Positions 1 through 8,160 are shown, counted from the stretch's first letter. The stretch is 24,000 bases of DNA from Natroniella acetigena (GCF_023227745.1 NZ_JALKBX010000002.1:45652-69651); one strand, 5' to 3'. Notes: a model not told the origin generated them from the sequence alone. A program made the numbers and translations.

Positions 1-27
1 TACTCTTTTATACTTCGCTTTTGTCAT
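1..27 (-). CDS. pyrH: UMP kinase, first 9 codons only (gene runs off the left edge)
   Basis: Reverse complement of 1-27 reads ATG ACA AAA GCG AAG TAT AAA AGA GTA = MTKAKYKRV, like the usual UMP kinase N-terminus (..KYKRVLLKLSGE). GGGGGA Shine-Dalgarno at 35-40. Conserved rpsB-tsf-pyrH synteny. Confidence 0.5.
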
Positions 28-102
28 TAATACATCCCCCAGTTCTATTTCATATTTCTAGAATCTATCTTTAATTCCTTGTTATAAACAAAAATCAACT
101 CT

Positions 103-133
103 AAAAAAAGAGAACACAAACCGTGTTCTCTTT
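103..133 (-). terminator. Intrinsic terminator downstream of tsf
   Basis: On the minus strand: AAAGAGAACAC-GGTTT-GTGTTCTCTTT (11-bp stem, 5-nt loop) running into a T tract (7 consecutive T, 109-103). It begins 13 nt after the tsf stop codon. Confidence 0.75.
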
Positions 134-145
134 GTAATTCAATTT

Positions 146-796
146 TTACTTGTTAACTTCACTCATAACTTCCTCTGCAAAATCTTCTTCTTCAATCTCT
201 ATTCCTTCTCCTAATTCATAGCGAGTAAAGCGGCGAACATTAATATTCTCACCTAATTCTGCAATCTTTTCTGTTAATAAGTCTTGAACGGTTTTATCAG
301 AGTCTTTAATATATTCCTGCTCTAATAAACACTCCTGACTATAAAATTTATCTAATCTACCTTCTACTATTTTTTCAATAATATGTTCTGGTTTATCTTC
401 ATTAGCGGCTTGTTTTCTAAGTACTTCTTTTTCTTGTTCGATATCATTAGCTGATACATCATCACGAGAAATATAACTTGGATTAGCAGCAGCAATCTGC
501 ATCGCAACATTATTAACTAATTCTTCAAATGAATCATTTTTAGCTACAAAATCTGTTTCACAGTTAACTTCTAATAATACACCAATCTTACCACCCATAT
601 GTATGTAAGAATGAACTAATCCTTGAGCAGCAGTTCTACCCGCTTTCTTCTCAGCAGCAGCAATCCCTTCTTCTCTTAAATATTCAACTGCCTTGTCCAA
701 ATCACCATCTTTCTTTTCTAAGGCTTTTTTACAATCTAACATTCCTGCACTAGTCTTTTCTCTTAACTTTTTAATATCTGCTGTAGATACTCCCAT
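146..796 (-). CDS. tsf: Translation elongation factor Ts (short form)
   Basis: 216-aa ORF. N-terminal EF-Ts UBA-like signature IKKLREKTSAGMLDCKKALE..GDLDKAVEYLREEG and a TDFVAKN motif. Lies immediately after rpsB. Confidence 0.95.
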   Translation of the reverse strand: MGVSTADIKKLREKTSAGMLDCKKALEKKDGDLDKAVEYLREEGIAAAEKKAGRTAAQGLVHSYIHMGGKIGVLLEVNCETDFVAKNDSFEELVNNVAMQIAAANPSYISRDDVSANDIEQEKEVLRKQAANEDKPEHIIEKIVEGRLDKFYSQECLLEQEYIKDSDKTVQDLLTEKIAELGENINVRRFTRYELGEGIEIEEEDFAEEVMSEVNK

Positions 797-818
797 TACC
801 TAACCCCCCTATTTATTC

Positions 819-864
819 AAAAAAGGCGTTTCATAAGGACGATAAACATCCTTATTTCCACGCC
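819..864 (-). terminator. Terminator-like or attenuator hairpin between rpsB and tsf
   Basis: Two-tier stem. GGCGT (825-829) pairs with ACGCC (860-864), and ATAAGGA (833-839) pairs with TCCTTAT (849-855). On the minus strand the stem is followed by TTTTTT (824-819). It sits 19 nt after the rpsB stop and 23 nt before the tsf start. Confidence 0.5.
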
Positions 865-882
865 CTTTTACAGTTAATTATT

Positions 883-1620
883 TTAGTCTTCTTCTACTTC
901 AGTTTCTTGCTCTTGAGTAGTCTCTTCTTGCTCAATTTGACCTTGTTTACCTTCTAAGACAGCATCAGCTATAACACCAGTTAATAACTTAACGGCTCTA
1001 ATAGCATCATCATTACCTGTAATCATGTAATCAATCACATCAGGATCACAGTTAGTATCAACAATTGCAACTACTGGAATTCCTAATTTATTCGCTTCAG
1101 CAACAGCAATCTCTTCTTTCCGTGGATCAGCAACATAAAGAGCATCAGGCAATCCATTCATATCTCGAATTCCACCTAAAAAACGCTTTAACTTGTTTCG
1201 TTCTTTTTCTAATTCCATTACCTCTTTTTTAGGTAAAACCTCGAAAATACCATCTTCTTCCATTTGCTCCAGTTCTTCTAGCCTCTCAATTCTCTTACGA
1301 ATTGTTTGATAGTTGGTTAACATACCACCTAACCATCTTTCATTAACATAAGGCATTCCACATCGTTCAGCTTCTTTTTTAATCGTATGTTTGGCCTGTT
1401 TTTTAGTACCTACAAATAAGATAGTCTTATCTTCACTTGCTAACTCACAAACAAAGTCATAAGCTTTTTCTGCAAACTTAACAGTTTGCTGTAAATCTAC
1501 TATGTAGATTCCATTTCTTTCAGTGAAGATATAATCTTTCATTTTAGGATTCCATCTCTTTGTTTGATGACCAAAATGAACTCCAGATTCTAATAATTGC
1601 TTCATAGTAACTACAGACAT
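883..1620 (-). CDS. rpsB: 30S ribosomal protein S2, with an acidic C-terminal tail
   Basis: 245-aa ORF. Canonical S2 N-terminus [27 protein letters not shown] Shine-Dalgarno upstream (RC of 1630-1637). Confidence 0.97.
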   Translation of the reverse strand: MSVVTMKQLLESGVHFGHQTKRWNPKMKDYIFTERNGIYIVDLQQTVKFAEKAYDFVCELASEDKTILFVGTKKQAKHTIKKEAERCGMPYVNERWLGGMLTNYQTIRKRIERLEELEQMEEDGIFEVLPKKEVMELEKERNKLKRFLGGIRDMNGLPDALYVADPRKEEIAVAEANKLGIPVVAIVDTNCDPDVIDYMITGNDDAIRAVKLLTGVIADAVLEGKQGQIEQEETTQEQETEVEED

Positions 1621-1666
1621 TACTTCGGCACCTCCTCTCGGTTTTTAATCCTCCATCTTCTTCATT

Positions 1667-1700
1667 CTTTGATAAGACCCATAGGGCACCTTTATCAAAG
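1667..1700 (-). promoter_or_regulatory. Hairpin in the rpsB 5' leader
   Basis: Minus strand reads CTTTGATAA-AGGTGCCC-TAT-GGGTC-TTATCAAAG. This gives a perfect 9-bp outer stem plus a CCC/GGG inner stem. It lies about 45 nt upstream of the rpsB ATG and downstream of the predicted promoter. Confidence 0.35.
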
Positions 1701-1745
1701 TCCAAAGATGTGTGTGCTAGTTTTATCTTTAATACACCATTAAGT

Positions 1746-1774
1746 AGTATACCACATGCCTAAAATAATATCAA
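1746..1774 (-). promoter_or_regulatory. Sigma-A type promoter for rpsB-tsf
   Basis: On the minus strand: TTGATA (1774-1769), a 17-nt spacer, then TGgTATACT (extended -10, with TATACT at 1751-1746). An A/T-rich UP-like tract lies upstream. This predicts a 5' UTR of roughly 120 nt. Confidence 0.6.
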
Positions 1775-1842
1775 CAATTTTAAATATTTTTTCTCACCTC
1801 AAGCTCAAATTTAAATCCAAGCTAAAATAACAGAAAATTCAT

Positions 1843-2409
1843 TTATTGTGCTAGCAAAGTTAATAATAATCTCAGAGGAGAAATATCAGTAGAAAATTGA
1901 TAGGTTCCTGCCATAACCTTCCTTTCACTATCCAGCTTATCTAAAATTTGAATGAAGACAAGTCGATCTTCAATTAGTTCTTGTTCTACTAATAAAGTAG
2001 CAACCTGCCTACTGGGCATCCCTTCTGGAATTGTAATTTCAATTACTTCTCCATCATTTTTTTCTTCAACTTCAAGCTCTTCTTGCTCTAATAATTTTTC
2101 CACCTCTGCAGTTGATTCTTCTTTTTCCTGCTCTATTTTATCTACTTCTTCCTCTTCTGCTAAATCAATTAGTACTTTCTCTAAATCAACCTCTTGTTGT
2201 AAGTTAATACTAGAATTATATTTTTGATAATTTTCACCAGAAAAAGTCATCCCCAACTCTCTAGCCTTACTTATAATATCCTCTTGCTCTACTTGCTCTT
2301 CCTTTTCAAAAACTAACTCTTCTTGTTGAAACTGATAATCAGTACCTAGCAACACTAAAGAAAACACCACAAGAGTTATTCCTATTCCCAATAAAGTGTG
2401 ACGAATCAT
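1843..2409 (-). CDS. Membrane-anchored acidic protein with a C-terminal domain like the YceG/MltG N-terminal (LysM-like) domain
   Basis: 188-aa ORF with an N-terminal TM segment (LLGIGITLVVFSLVLLG) and a Glu-rich linker. The C-terminal IEITIPEGMPSRQVATLLVEQELIED....MAGTYQF resembles the IPEG..........G.Y start of YceG-like proteins. Its ATG overlaps the upstream stop by 1 nt (TAATG). Confidence 0.55.
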   Translation of the reverse strand: MIRHTLLGIGITLVVFSLVLLGTDYQFQQEELVFEKEEQVEQEDIISKARELGMTFSGENYQKYNSSINLQQEVDLEKVLIDLAEEEEVDKIEQEKEESTAEVEKLLEQEELEVEEKNDGEVIEITIPEGMPSRQVATLLVEQELIEDRLVFIQILDKLDSERKVMAGTYQFSTDISPLRLLLTLLAQ

Positions 2410-2927
2410 TATTCTTCCCTCCGTAAATTCAACTTGCAGATCAATTCTACCTCGCGTGTTCCTTTACCTAATCTTTGAGCTACCTCTGATAATTCTAGTC
2501 CTTGCTTCAACAATTTTTTTATTTTATGATATTCTTCCTGCTCAGACGTGCTTTTTAATTTTTTATTATTACTAACTTTGACTTTGCTAGAACTTAAATT
2601 TGAGTTTGAAATATAATTAACATCAATTCTTTTTTTAATTCCTTCAATCTTTTGATTTAATAACTCAACATCTTCACCTATCTCTTTCATTAACTCTTTG
2701 ACTAAAGTCAGCTCTTGTTTAAAATCTTTGTTATCTAATTTAGTATTTAATACTTTAGTAAACTCTTCACTGGATTGTCTACTCTTTAATAACTCTTGTA
2801 ATTGGCTAAGTTGGGTAAGCACTTCCGATTTTAAGTAATAATCTCCTTCTTTTTTTTCAGCTCGATAGGTTAATAGTAAAGAACATAAAATTATTATAAT
2901 TCCTAAAGCAAAAAATAGATACTTCAC
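2409..2927 (-). CDS. Membrane-anchored coiled-coil protein with a C-terminal HTH-like motif (reminiscent of DUF2802/DUF6115 flagellar-locus proteins)
   Basis: 172-aa ORF with an N-terminal TM (YLFFALGIIIILCSLLLTY) and a K/E-rich helical middle. The C-terminal GLELSEVAQRLGKGTREVELICKL resembles the short HTH tail seen in small flagellar-cluster proteins. GGAGG RBS present. Confidence 0.5.
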   Translation of the reverse strand: MKYLFFALGIIIILCSLLLTYRAEKKEGDYYLKSEVLTQLSQLQELLKSRQSSEEFTKVLNTKLDNKDFKQELTLVKELMKEIGEDVELLNQKIEGIKKRIDVNYISNSNLSSSKVKVSNNKKLKSTSEQEEYHKIKKLLKQGLELSEVAQRLGKGTREVELICKLNLRREE

Positions 2928-2941
2928 CTTATGACCTCCTG

Positions 2942-3247
2942 TCAGATCTTAATATCAATATATGAGCCTCGTTTTGTATTGCTTGCCTGTTCATTTTTTT
3001 CCTCTTCTTCTTTACTTTCTTGCTCCTGATTCTGTTGTTCAGTCTCTTCTTGATCATTAATCTGTTTATGCTCAGTCTCCTCAGATTTATTAACTCGATT
3101 TTCTTTTTTGAGATTTTCTTTCTTTAGGTCTTGGGCTAACTGATGATGATCTAGATCAGGCTTATTTTGCCGTTCTTGTTCTATTCGATTAATTCTTAAA
3201 GAACGAGGAAGAGTTGTCTTAGGTGTAATTGGTTCAGTCATTTTCAA
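2942..3247 (-). CDS. Hypothetical highly charged, low-complexity protein
   Basis: 101-aa ORF rich in E/K/Q/N, with no TM segment. Tightly packed (11 nt after the upstream stop) with a GGTGGTG RBS. No recognisable domain by eye. Confidence 0.45.
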   Translation of the reverse strand: MKMTEPITPKTTLPRSLRINRIEQERQNKPDLDHHQLAQDLKKENLKKENRVNKSEETEHKQINDQEETEQQNQEQESKEEEEKNEQASNTKRGSYIDIKI

Positions 3248-3258
3248 TCACCACCTTC

Positions 3259-5058
3259 TTATGAATAAGATGTAGTCTTAATCTCCTCATCATCAACATA
3301 GTATTGAAGATGACTTTTAGACTTTGTTATCTTCTTACTACAGGTTCCAATCGTAAGTGATACCCCTGAATAAATAGTATCATAAACTTTAATTCTACCC
3401 TTCTTTCCTTTCTCTAATCTTTGAGCTAATTTATCCCGTTCAATCTTTAGCTTTTCTAATTCACCAGCAATATTAAACCGCTGACGAGTTAATTGATTCA
3501 ATAATTTCTGTTTTTTATTAGATAATCTCCCATCAGACTGCTCTTTTTTCTTCTTTAATACTCTAAGATCCTTAATCGTTTCATCTAATTTTTCTTGCTT
3601 GTGCTGATATTCAGCCTGCTTTGTTTCAAATTCATCTCTTAACTCAGGACTAATTCCTACACACACCTCAGTAGCAGTTGCCAAACTAGAACCAATGATC
3701 TTAGCATCTATTTCCTTCCCAGCTCTAACCTTTCCTCCTACAATCAATCCCTTATTTTGATTTGAAATTATCTGTTGACCCGCATCTATATCACTATGCA
3801 TAATTGCATCTTTAACAATTAAATCTTCTTCTGTTTTAAGTATGGCATTTTCAATAAACTTTACAGTAACAGTTCCTGTAGCATTGATCTCTCCTTTATT
3901 TAAACCAATAAACCCTTTCCCTATGGTTACTTGCCCTTGAGAATCAATCTTTCCCCCATAGACACTTCCCTTGACTTGAACGTTGCCTTTAGCCTTAATC
4001 TCTAATCCTTCATTAACATTACCTTTAACTATTACATTACCACTAAAATCTATATTTCCAGTCGATAAATCTAAATCACCATTGACTGTATGAACATCTA
4101 AGACACTAATAGCTCCTTGAGTATAGACAACTTGGCCCTCCATTCCTGCTTTAATAGCCAAACCATCCTCACTAACTTCAACATTTTCACCTACAGGTAA
4201 TTCAATATCTTCAACCGGCTCAGGTGGAATCTCTTCTCCTGTAACTGTTATTCCAGCTTCACCTTCCTTAGATGGGGTCTTGATAGCCAATATTTCTCCT
4301 TCTTCCACATTAATAATTCGGTTCAAATTATAAAAATCAACATTACCATCATCCAGCTGCTTAACCTTCTGCTTTTTTTGTTCAAGATCAAACTCAAAGT
4401 TTATCTTAGCGTCTTCCCCAGAAACTGGTTCTTCACCTACTGCTATCAAATAATTCTCATACTTTTCCTGAGGAGCAAAATCTGCAGCAAATTCTTCTTT
4501 TCGAATCCCAGCTACAACTCCTGCTTCTTTCACCTGCTCAATTATTTGCTCAACAGAATACTTCTCTCCTCCTAGCGGTGGATAATAATCTAAATAAACT
4601 GCCATCTGATCTGAACTAATAGTTACATTAACTTTTGCATCACGATCTAATTCTGGATTTCTATCAGCAATTTTGATCTCTTCATTTCCAATAGTTAATG
4701 CTTCACTAATAGCAGCATAATTTATATCTGTAATCTCCTTTTCTGCTAATATTCTTTCAATCATTTCAATTTTAACTTCTGCCCCATTTCCTTGAGGGAG
4801 TTTTACTTCTAGAAAAATTCCATCAGGCTTAACCTTAACCTCAAAACTTCCATCAATAGATTCTTCAACTTCTAAAACAGCTTGATAAACCTTCTTACTA
4901 CCAAACAGACCTAAAAACTTCTTTTCTTCAATTACTTCTAATGATATATCTTCCTTACTAAATTCCTCCGCTACTTTCTCTTTAAGCAGATCATAAGCCT
5001 GACCTAACGCTTCATCTTCTTGCTTTGCTTCTACTTGTACTCGCTCAACTATTAACAT
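3259..5058 (-). CDS. FapA-family (DUF342) flagellar-associated protein
   Basis: 599-aa ORF. The central region is a Gly/Val/Asn repeat predicted to form a beta-helix (GNIDFSGNVIVKGNVNEGLEIKAKGNVQVKGSVYGGKIDSQGQVTIG). This is followed by a C-terminal coiled coil, the typical DUF342 architecture. Located directly after the sigma-28 gene. Confidence 0.7.
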   Translation of the reverse strand: MLIVERVQVEAKQEDEALGQAYDLLKEKVAEEFSKEDISLEVIEEKKFLGLFGSKKVYQAVLEVEESIDGSFEVKVKPDGIFLEVKLPQGNGAEVKIEMIERILAEKEITDINYAAISEALTIGNEEIKIADRNPELDRDAKVNVTISSDQMAVYLDYYPPLGGEKYSVEQIIEQVKEAGVVAGIRKEEFAADFAPQEKYENYLIAVGEEPVSGEDAKINFEFDLEQKKQKVKQLDDGNVDFYNLNRIINVEEGEILAIKTPSKEGEAGITVTGEEIPPEPVEDIELPVGENVEVSEDGLAIKAGMEGQVVYTQGAISVLDVHTVNGDLDLSTGNIDFSGNVIVKGNVNEGLEIKAKGNVQVKGSVYGGKIDSQGQVTIGKGFIGLNKGEINATGTVTVKFIENAILKTEEDLIVKDAIMHSDIDAGQQIISNQNKGLIVGGKVRAGKEIDAKIIGSSLATATEVCVGISPELRDEFETKQAEYQHKQEKLDETIKDLRVLKKKKEQSDGRLSNKKQKLLNQLTRQRFNIAGELEKLKIERDKLAQRLEKGKKGRIKVYDTIYSGVSLTIGTCSKKITKSKSHLQYYVDDEEIKTTSYS

Positions 5059-5083
5059 ATCATTGCCCCCCTTCTTCCATATC

Positions 5084-5863
5084 TCACCCTACTAATAGCT
5101 CCTTTTTCCTACTTAAATGACCTCTTAATCTAAAGATGGCTTTTGTATGTAGTTGCGAAATTCTAGCTGTACTTAATTCCATAACTTCTCCTATCTCTTT
5201 TAAGGTCAAGTCTTCATAGTAATACAAGCTGATTACCAACTTTTCCTTTTTAGGTAATTTATTAATAGTTTCCCCTAAAATTTGTTTCATTTGATTATAC
5301 TCAAAGACATTATCTGGGCCAATCCCTTCCGGATCTTCAATCAAATCTTTTAGCCTTAACTTATTACCATCTTGTGGTGCAATTAGCCGCTCTAATGAAA
5401 TGTTTTCTGGAATATTAACTTCAGATAATAATTGTTTGAACTCTTGTTTAGTTAAATCTAACTCTACTCTCACTTCTTGCTCTGTAGGAGTACGATTTAA
5501 TTCATTCTCTAACTTAATATAAACTTTAGTCAAGTTCTTTGCTTTCCTTCTAATACTTTGGGGTACCCAATCTAACTTTCTAAGTTCATCATAGATTGCT
5601 CCTCTAATTCTTGGTACCGCATAGGTTGAAAATTTTATATTCCTCTCACTATCAAATCTCTCTAGTGCATCCATTAATCCCAACACACCATAATTGACTA
5701 AATCTTCAAACTTAAAATTATCAGGCAACTTAACAATAACCTTACCAGCAAGATGCTTAACCAATGGGAGATATTTCAAAACTAATTTTTCCTTAGCCTG
5801 TTGCGATTTTTCCTGCTTATATTTTCGCCATAATACATCTTCATCAGTCTTACTGCTGACCAT
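5084..5863 (-). CDS. fliA: Flagellar sigma factor sigma-28 (FliA/SigD/WhiG family)
   Basis: 259-aa ORF. Region 2 (LVNYGVLGLMDALERFD....FSTYAVPRIRGAIYDELR) and the region 4.2 HTH (LTLKEIGEVMELSTARISQLHTKAIFRLR) are visible. Sits at the distal end of the fla/che operon, as sigD does in Bacillus. Confidence 0.93.
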   Translation of the reverse strand: MVSSKTDEDVLWRKYKQEKSQQAKEKLVLKYLPLVKHLAGKVIVKLPDNFKFEDLVNYGVLGLMDALERFDSERNIKFSTYAVPRIRGAIYDELRKLDWVPQSIRRKAKNLTKVYIKLENELNRTPTEQEVRVELDLTKQEFKQLLSEVNIPENISLERLIAPQDGNKLRLKDLIEDPEGIGPDNVFEYNQMKQILGETINKLPKKEKLVISLYYYEDLTLKEIGEVMELSTARISQLHTKAIFRLRGHLSRKKELLVG

Positions 5864-5876
5864 TTAAAATACCCCC

Positions 5877-6260
5877 TTACTCATCCTCTTTCATATTTCG
5901 AATTATTTCTGCTGCTTTTTGAGAGTCTTCTTCTATTTCATTTATTATATTTGGATCATCTTGACTGAGATCATTAAATTCAAGTGGGGTCATTTCTGAT
6001 TTTTCTTCAGCTTGCTCACTCTCTTTATCTACTGCTATTTCAGCTTCAGCTCCTGCTAATTCTTGTGATTCAATAATAGTTAAATTATTAGTTATCAACT
6101 GACCTATAATTGCTCCAATTAAACTAAAAATCACTCCTCCAACCATTGACCTTTTGAATGCTGTTAACCAGCTTAAATTAGCAATTAAAGCTACCGCTAA
6201 AACTACAATAATAGCTATTACTAAAAATAACAAAGCTAATTTTTTAGCTAACCAGCTCAA
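5877..6260 (-). CDS. Hypothetical two-TM membrane protein with an acidic C-terminal tail
   Basis: 127-aa ORF with two hydrophobic segments (LALLFLVIAIIVVLAVALIANL and GGVIFSLIGAIIGQLI), then an E/D-rich tail. RBS GGAGAG. Packed between cheD and fliA. Confidence 0.5.
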   Translation of the reverse strand: MSWLAKKLALLFLVIAIIVVLAVALIANLSWLTAFKRSMVGGVIFSLIGAIIGQLITNNLTIIESQELAGAEAEIAVDKESEQAEEKSEMTPLEFNDLSQDDPNIINEIEEDSQKAAEIIRNMKEDE

Positions 6261-6276
6261 TTTTTAATCTCTCCTT

Positions 6277-6771
6277 TTATAAAACTATATCATCATGTTT
6301 TACCGTCTTAATTAATACTTTTCCAGTTAAATTATGTAATTCCATAGTTCTTCCATAATTTCCGCCTACTTCAGCTCCCAAAATAGGTATCCTCTTCTCC
6401 TGCAAAATTCGCTCAACAGCCTCTATATTTCTAGCTCCTATCCTCATTTTATCATTTGAACTAGAAAAATTAAACATTTGAGCCCCACCAGCCATTTTAG
6501 CTTCTAACCGATTGAGATTAACTTTCTTTTTCCTTAATTTATCTAATAAGGTATCTAAAGCAGTATCTGCATATTTGGCAGAATTTCCTTGGTTACGATT
6601 AGTAGGAAACTCAGGCAACATTACATGTGCCATACCCCCAATTTTAGTTGCTTTATTATACAAAGTTACCCCTACACAGGAACCTAAGCCAGAAGTAATA
6701 ATAATATCGTCTTCACTCCCAACTTTAAGATCTGCCATTCTTACTCTAATTTTACCCTTCACTGGCAACAC
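6277..6771 (-). CDS. cheD: Chemoreceptor glutamine deamidase / CheC activator CheD
   Basis: 164-aa ORF with the CheD hallmarks ITSGLGSCVGVTLYN and GMAHVMLP. The longest ORF starts at a GTG overlapping cheC by 20 nt, so the exact start is uncertain (internal ATG at 6738). Confidence 0.9.
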   Translation of the reverse strand: MLPVKGKIRVRMADLKVGSEDDIIITSGLGSCVGVTLYNKATKIGGMAHVMLPEFPTNRNQGNSAKYADTALDTLLDKLRKKKVNLNRLEAKMAGGAQMFNFSSSNDKMRIGARNIEAVERILQEKRIPILGAEVGGNYGRTMELHNLTGKVLIKTVKHDDIVL

Positions 6772-7387
6772 CCAACTTTTCTAGTATAAATTGCAAAGAT
6801 TCTGGTTCAGGTATTAAAAAAAAGTTTCCTTTAACCTCCTGTTCCATATCACTTAAAAACTCCGTTTCAATTACCAAAGCATAATCCCCTATTTGACCTA
6901 ATTCTATAAAGCAGACCTCTAAAATAGCTCCTGCCATATCAAATTCTAAAGAAGGAACTGAGGGACTAACTGTTATCCCTAACATCTGAGAAAAAGCATT
7001 CAAATTTGCTCCAGTTAAGATATTAGAAATCTCTTTTAAAGCAGAGGATTCAAATTCTCCTAGCTCATCTTCAATATCTGTTTTTTGACCAACAAGCAAC
7101 TGAATCAATAAATTAGCACTATCTGGTAGCAAGGTAAATAAGACTCCTCCATTAATATCTCCTTCAGTTCTAACTAACATTGCTACTATTAATTCTTCTT
7201 CATTGCCAATGATACCAGGCAGATCTGCGATTGGAATTAAATTAACATTAGGAACTGTCATTTTAATCTTACTATTTAGCATATCAGATAATGAAGTAGC
7301 AGCATTCCCTGCTCCAATACTAGCTACCTCTTTTAAAGCATCTAATTGCAATGGCCCTAACTGAGACAAACCATCATTATTAAGCAT
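6752..7387 (-). CDS. cheC: CheY-P phosphatase CheC
   Basis: 211-aa ORF with the duplicated CheC-type motif (LDALKEVASIGAGNAATSLSDML and SALKEISNILTGANLNAFSQML). GAGGTG RBS. Followed by cheD, as in Bacillus. Confidence 0.88.
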   Translation of the reverse strand: MLNNDGLSQLGPLQLDALKEVASIGAGNAATSLSDMLNSKIKMTVPNVNLIPIADLPGIIGNEEELIVAMLVRTEGDINGGVLFTLLPDSANLLIQLLVGQKTDIEDELGEFESSALKEISNILTGANLNAFSQMLGITVSPSVPSLEFDMAGAILEVCFIELGQIGDYALVIETEFLSDMEQEVKGNFFLIPEPESLQFILEKLGVASEG

Positions 7388-7422
7388 CAGTGATCACCTC
7401 TTATACATATATTCTAGATCAG

Positions 7423-8145
7423 TTAAATCAATCCCTTTTTTCTTAATTCACGCTGTTTATCAAAGATCCACTTTACTAATTTATCTTTATCCTCTTTAGC
7501 CAAGTTAATAAATTTTATTCCTACCACATACTTTTTTTGATCATTTTCAATCTTTTCTACCACTCGTACCACCTGACCTAACACCTTAGTCACTGAAAGA
7601 TCAGCAAAGTCAAGATTAATTCTAATAATCTCTTCTTCTTCCAACTCCATCATCGTCTGCATCTTCATCTTTAATCCACCGGCACTGAGATCAATAATCA
7701 GTGCTTTATAATCACTTTCTTCCCCATCAAGTCCAGCAATATTTTCTGCTTGAAAGGATTCTGCACCTACTAATTCATACTCTGTCTCCTCATAAATTTC
7801 TAATCTAAATGATTTCCGCTCTTGAGTCCTCTTAATCTGACCAGCTATCTTTAATTTTAGTAACGGCGTAACATCTACCTCTTTCCCTATTACTTTGACA
7901 GGTATAGTATATAATCCATTTTGTTCCTTCAAAAAAACAGTTCCTCTCGTTCCATTAGAAACCTTAATTAATTTCCCTTCAGCAAATGGATTATTAATCA
8001 AAAAAGTATCATCAGCTAAAACATCTGCTATCTGAGTTGCATACTTATCCTCATATTTATCATGCAAAAACTCTATCTCAATCCCCTGATTTATCTTCAG
8101 CTTTCTCCTAAGCTGAAAATTATCAATCTTTTGAGTATTCCTCAC
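7423..8145 (-). CDS. PilZ-domain c-di-GMP receptor, YcgR/MotI-like flagellar brake or clutch candidate
   Basis: 240-aa ORF with an N-terminal YcgR-like beta-barrel region. The PilZ motifs are intact: RxxxR (RKSFR) and DxSxxG (DLSAGG). Confidence 0.8.
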   Translation of the reverse strand: MRNTQKIDNFQLRRKLKINQGIEIEFLHDKYEDKYATQIADVLADDTFLINNPFAEGKLIKVSNGTRGTVFLKEQNGLYTIPVKVIGKEVDVTPLLKLKIAGQIKRTQERKSFRLEIYEETEYELVGAESFQAENIAGLDGEESDYKALIIDLSAGGLKMKMQTMMELEEEEIIRINLDFADLSVTKVLGQVVRVVEKIENDQKKYVVGIKFINLAKEDKDKLVKWIFDKQRELRKKGLI

Positions 8146-8160
8146 AATTCCCCTCCTTAA

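Noticed and set aside
28-102. Possible pyrH promoter (TTGATT ... ATTAAA) between the tsf terminator and pyrH.
   Set aside because: The -10 candidate is poor and the region is generally AT-rich. I cannot distinguish a promoter from read-through of the tsf terminator using sequence alone.
2942-3247. The 101-aa charged protein as an anti-sigma-28 factor FlgM. It lies near fliA and its C-terminal RGSYIDIKI is reminiscent of the FlgM G.Y.VD motif.
   Set aside because: The match is a handful of residues at the extreme C-terminus. The sigma-28-binding helices that follow that motif in real FlgM are missing. The rest is low-complexity sequence, so the evidence is insufficient.
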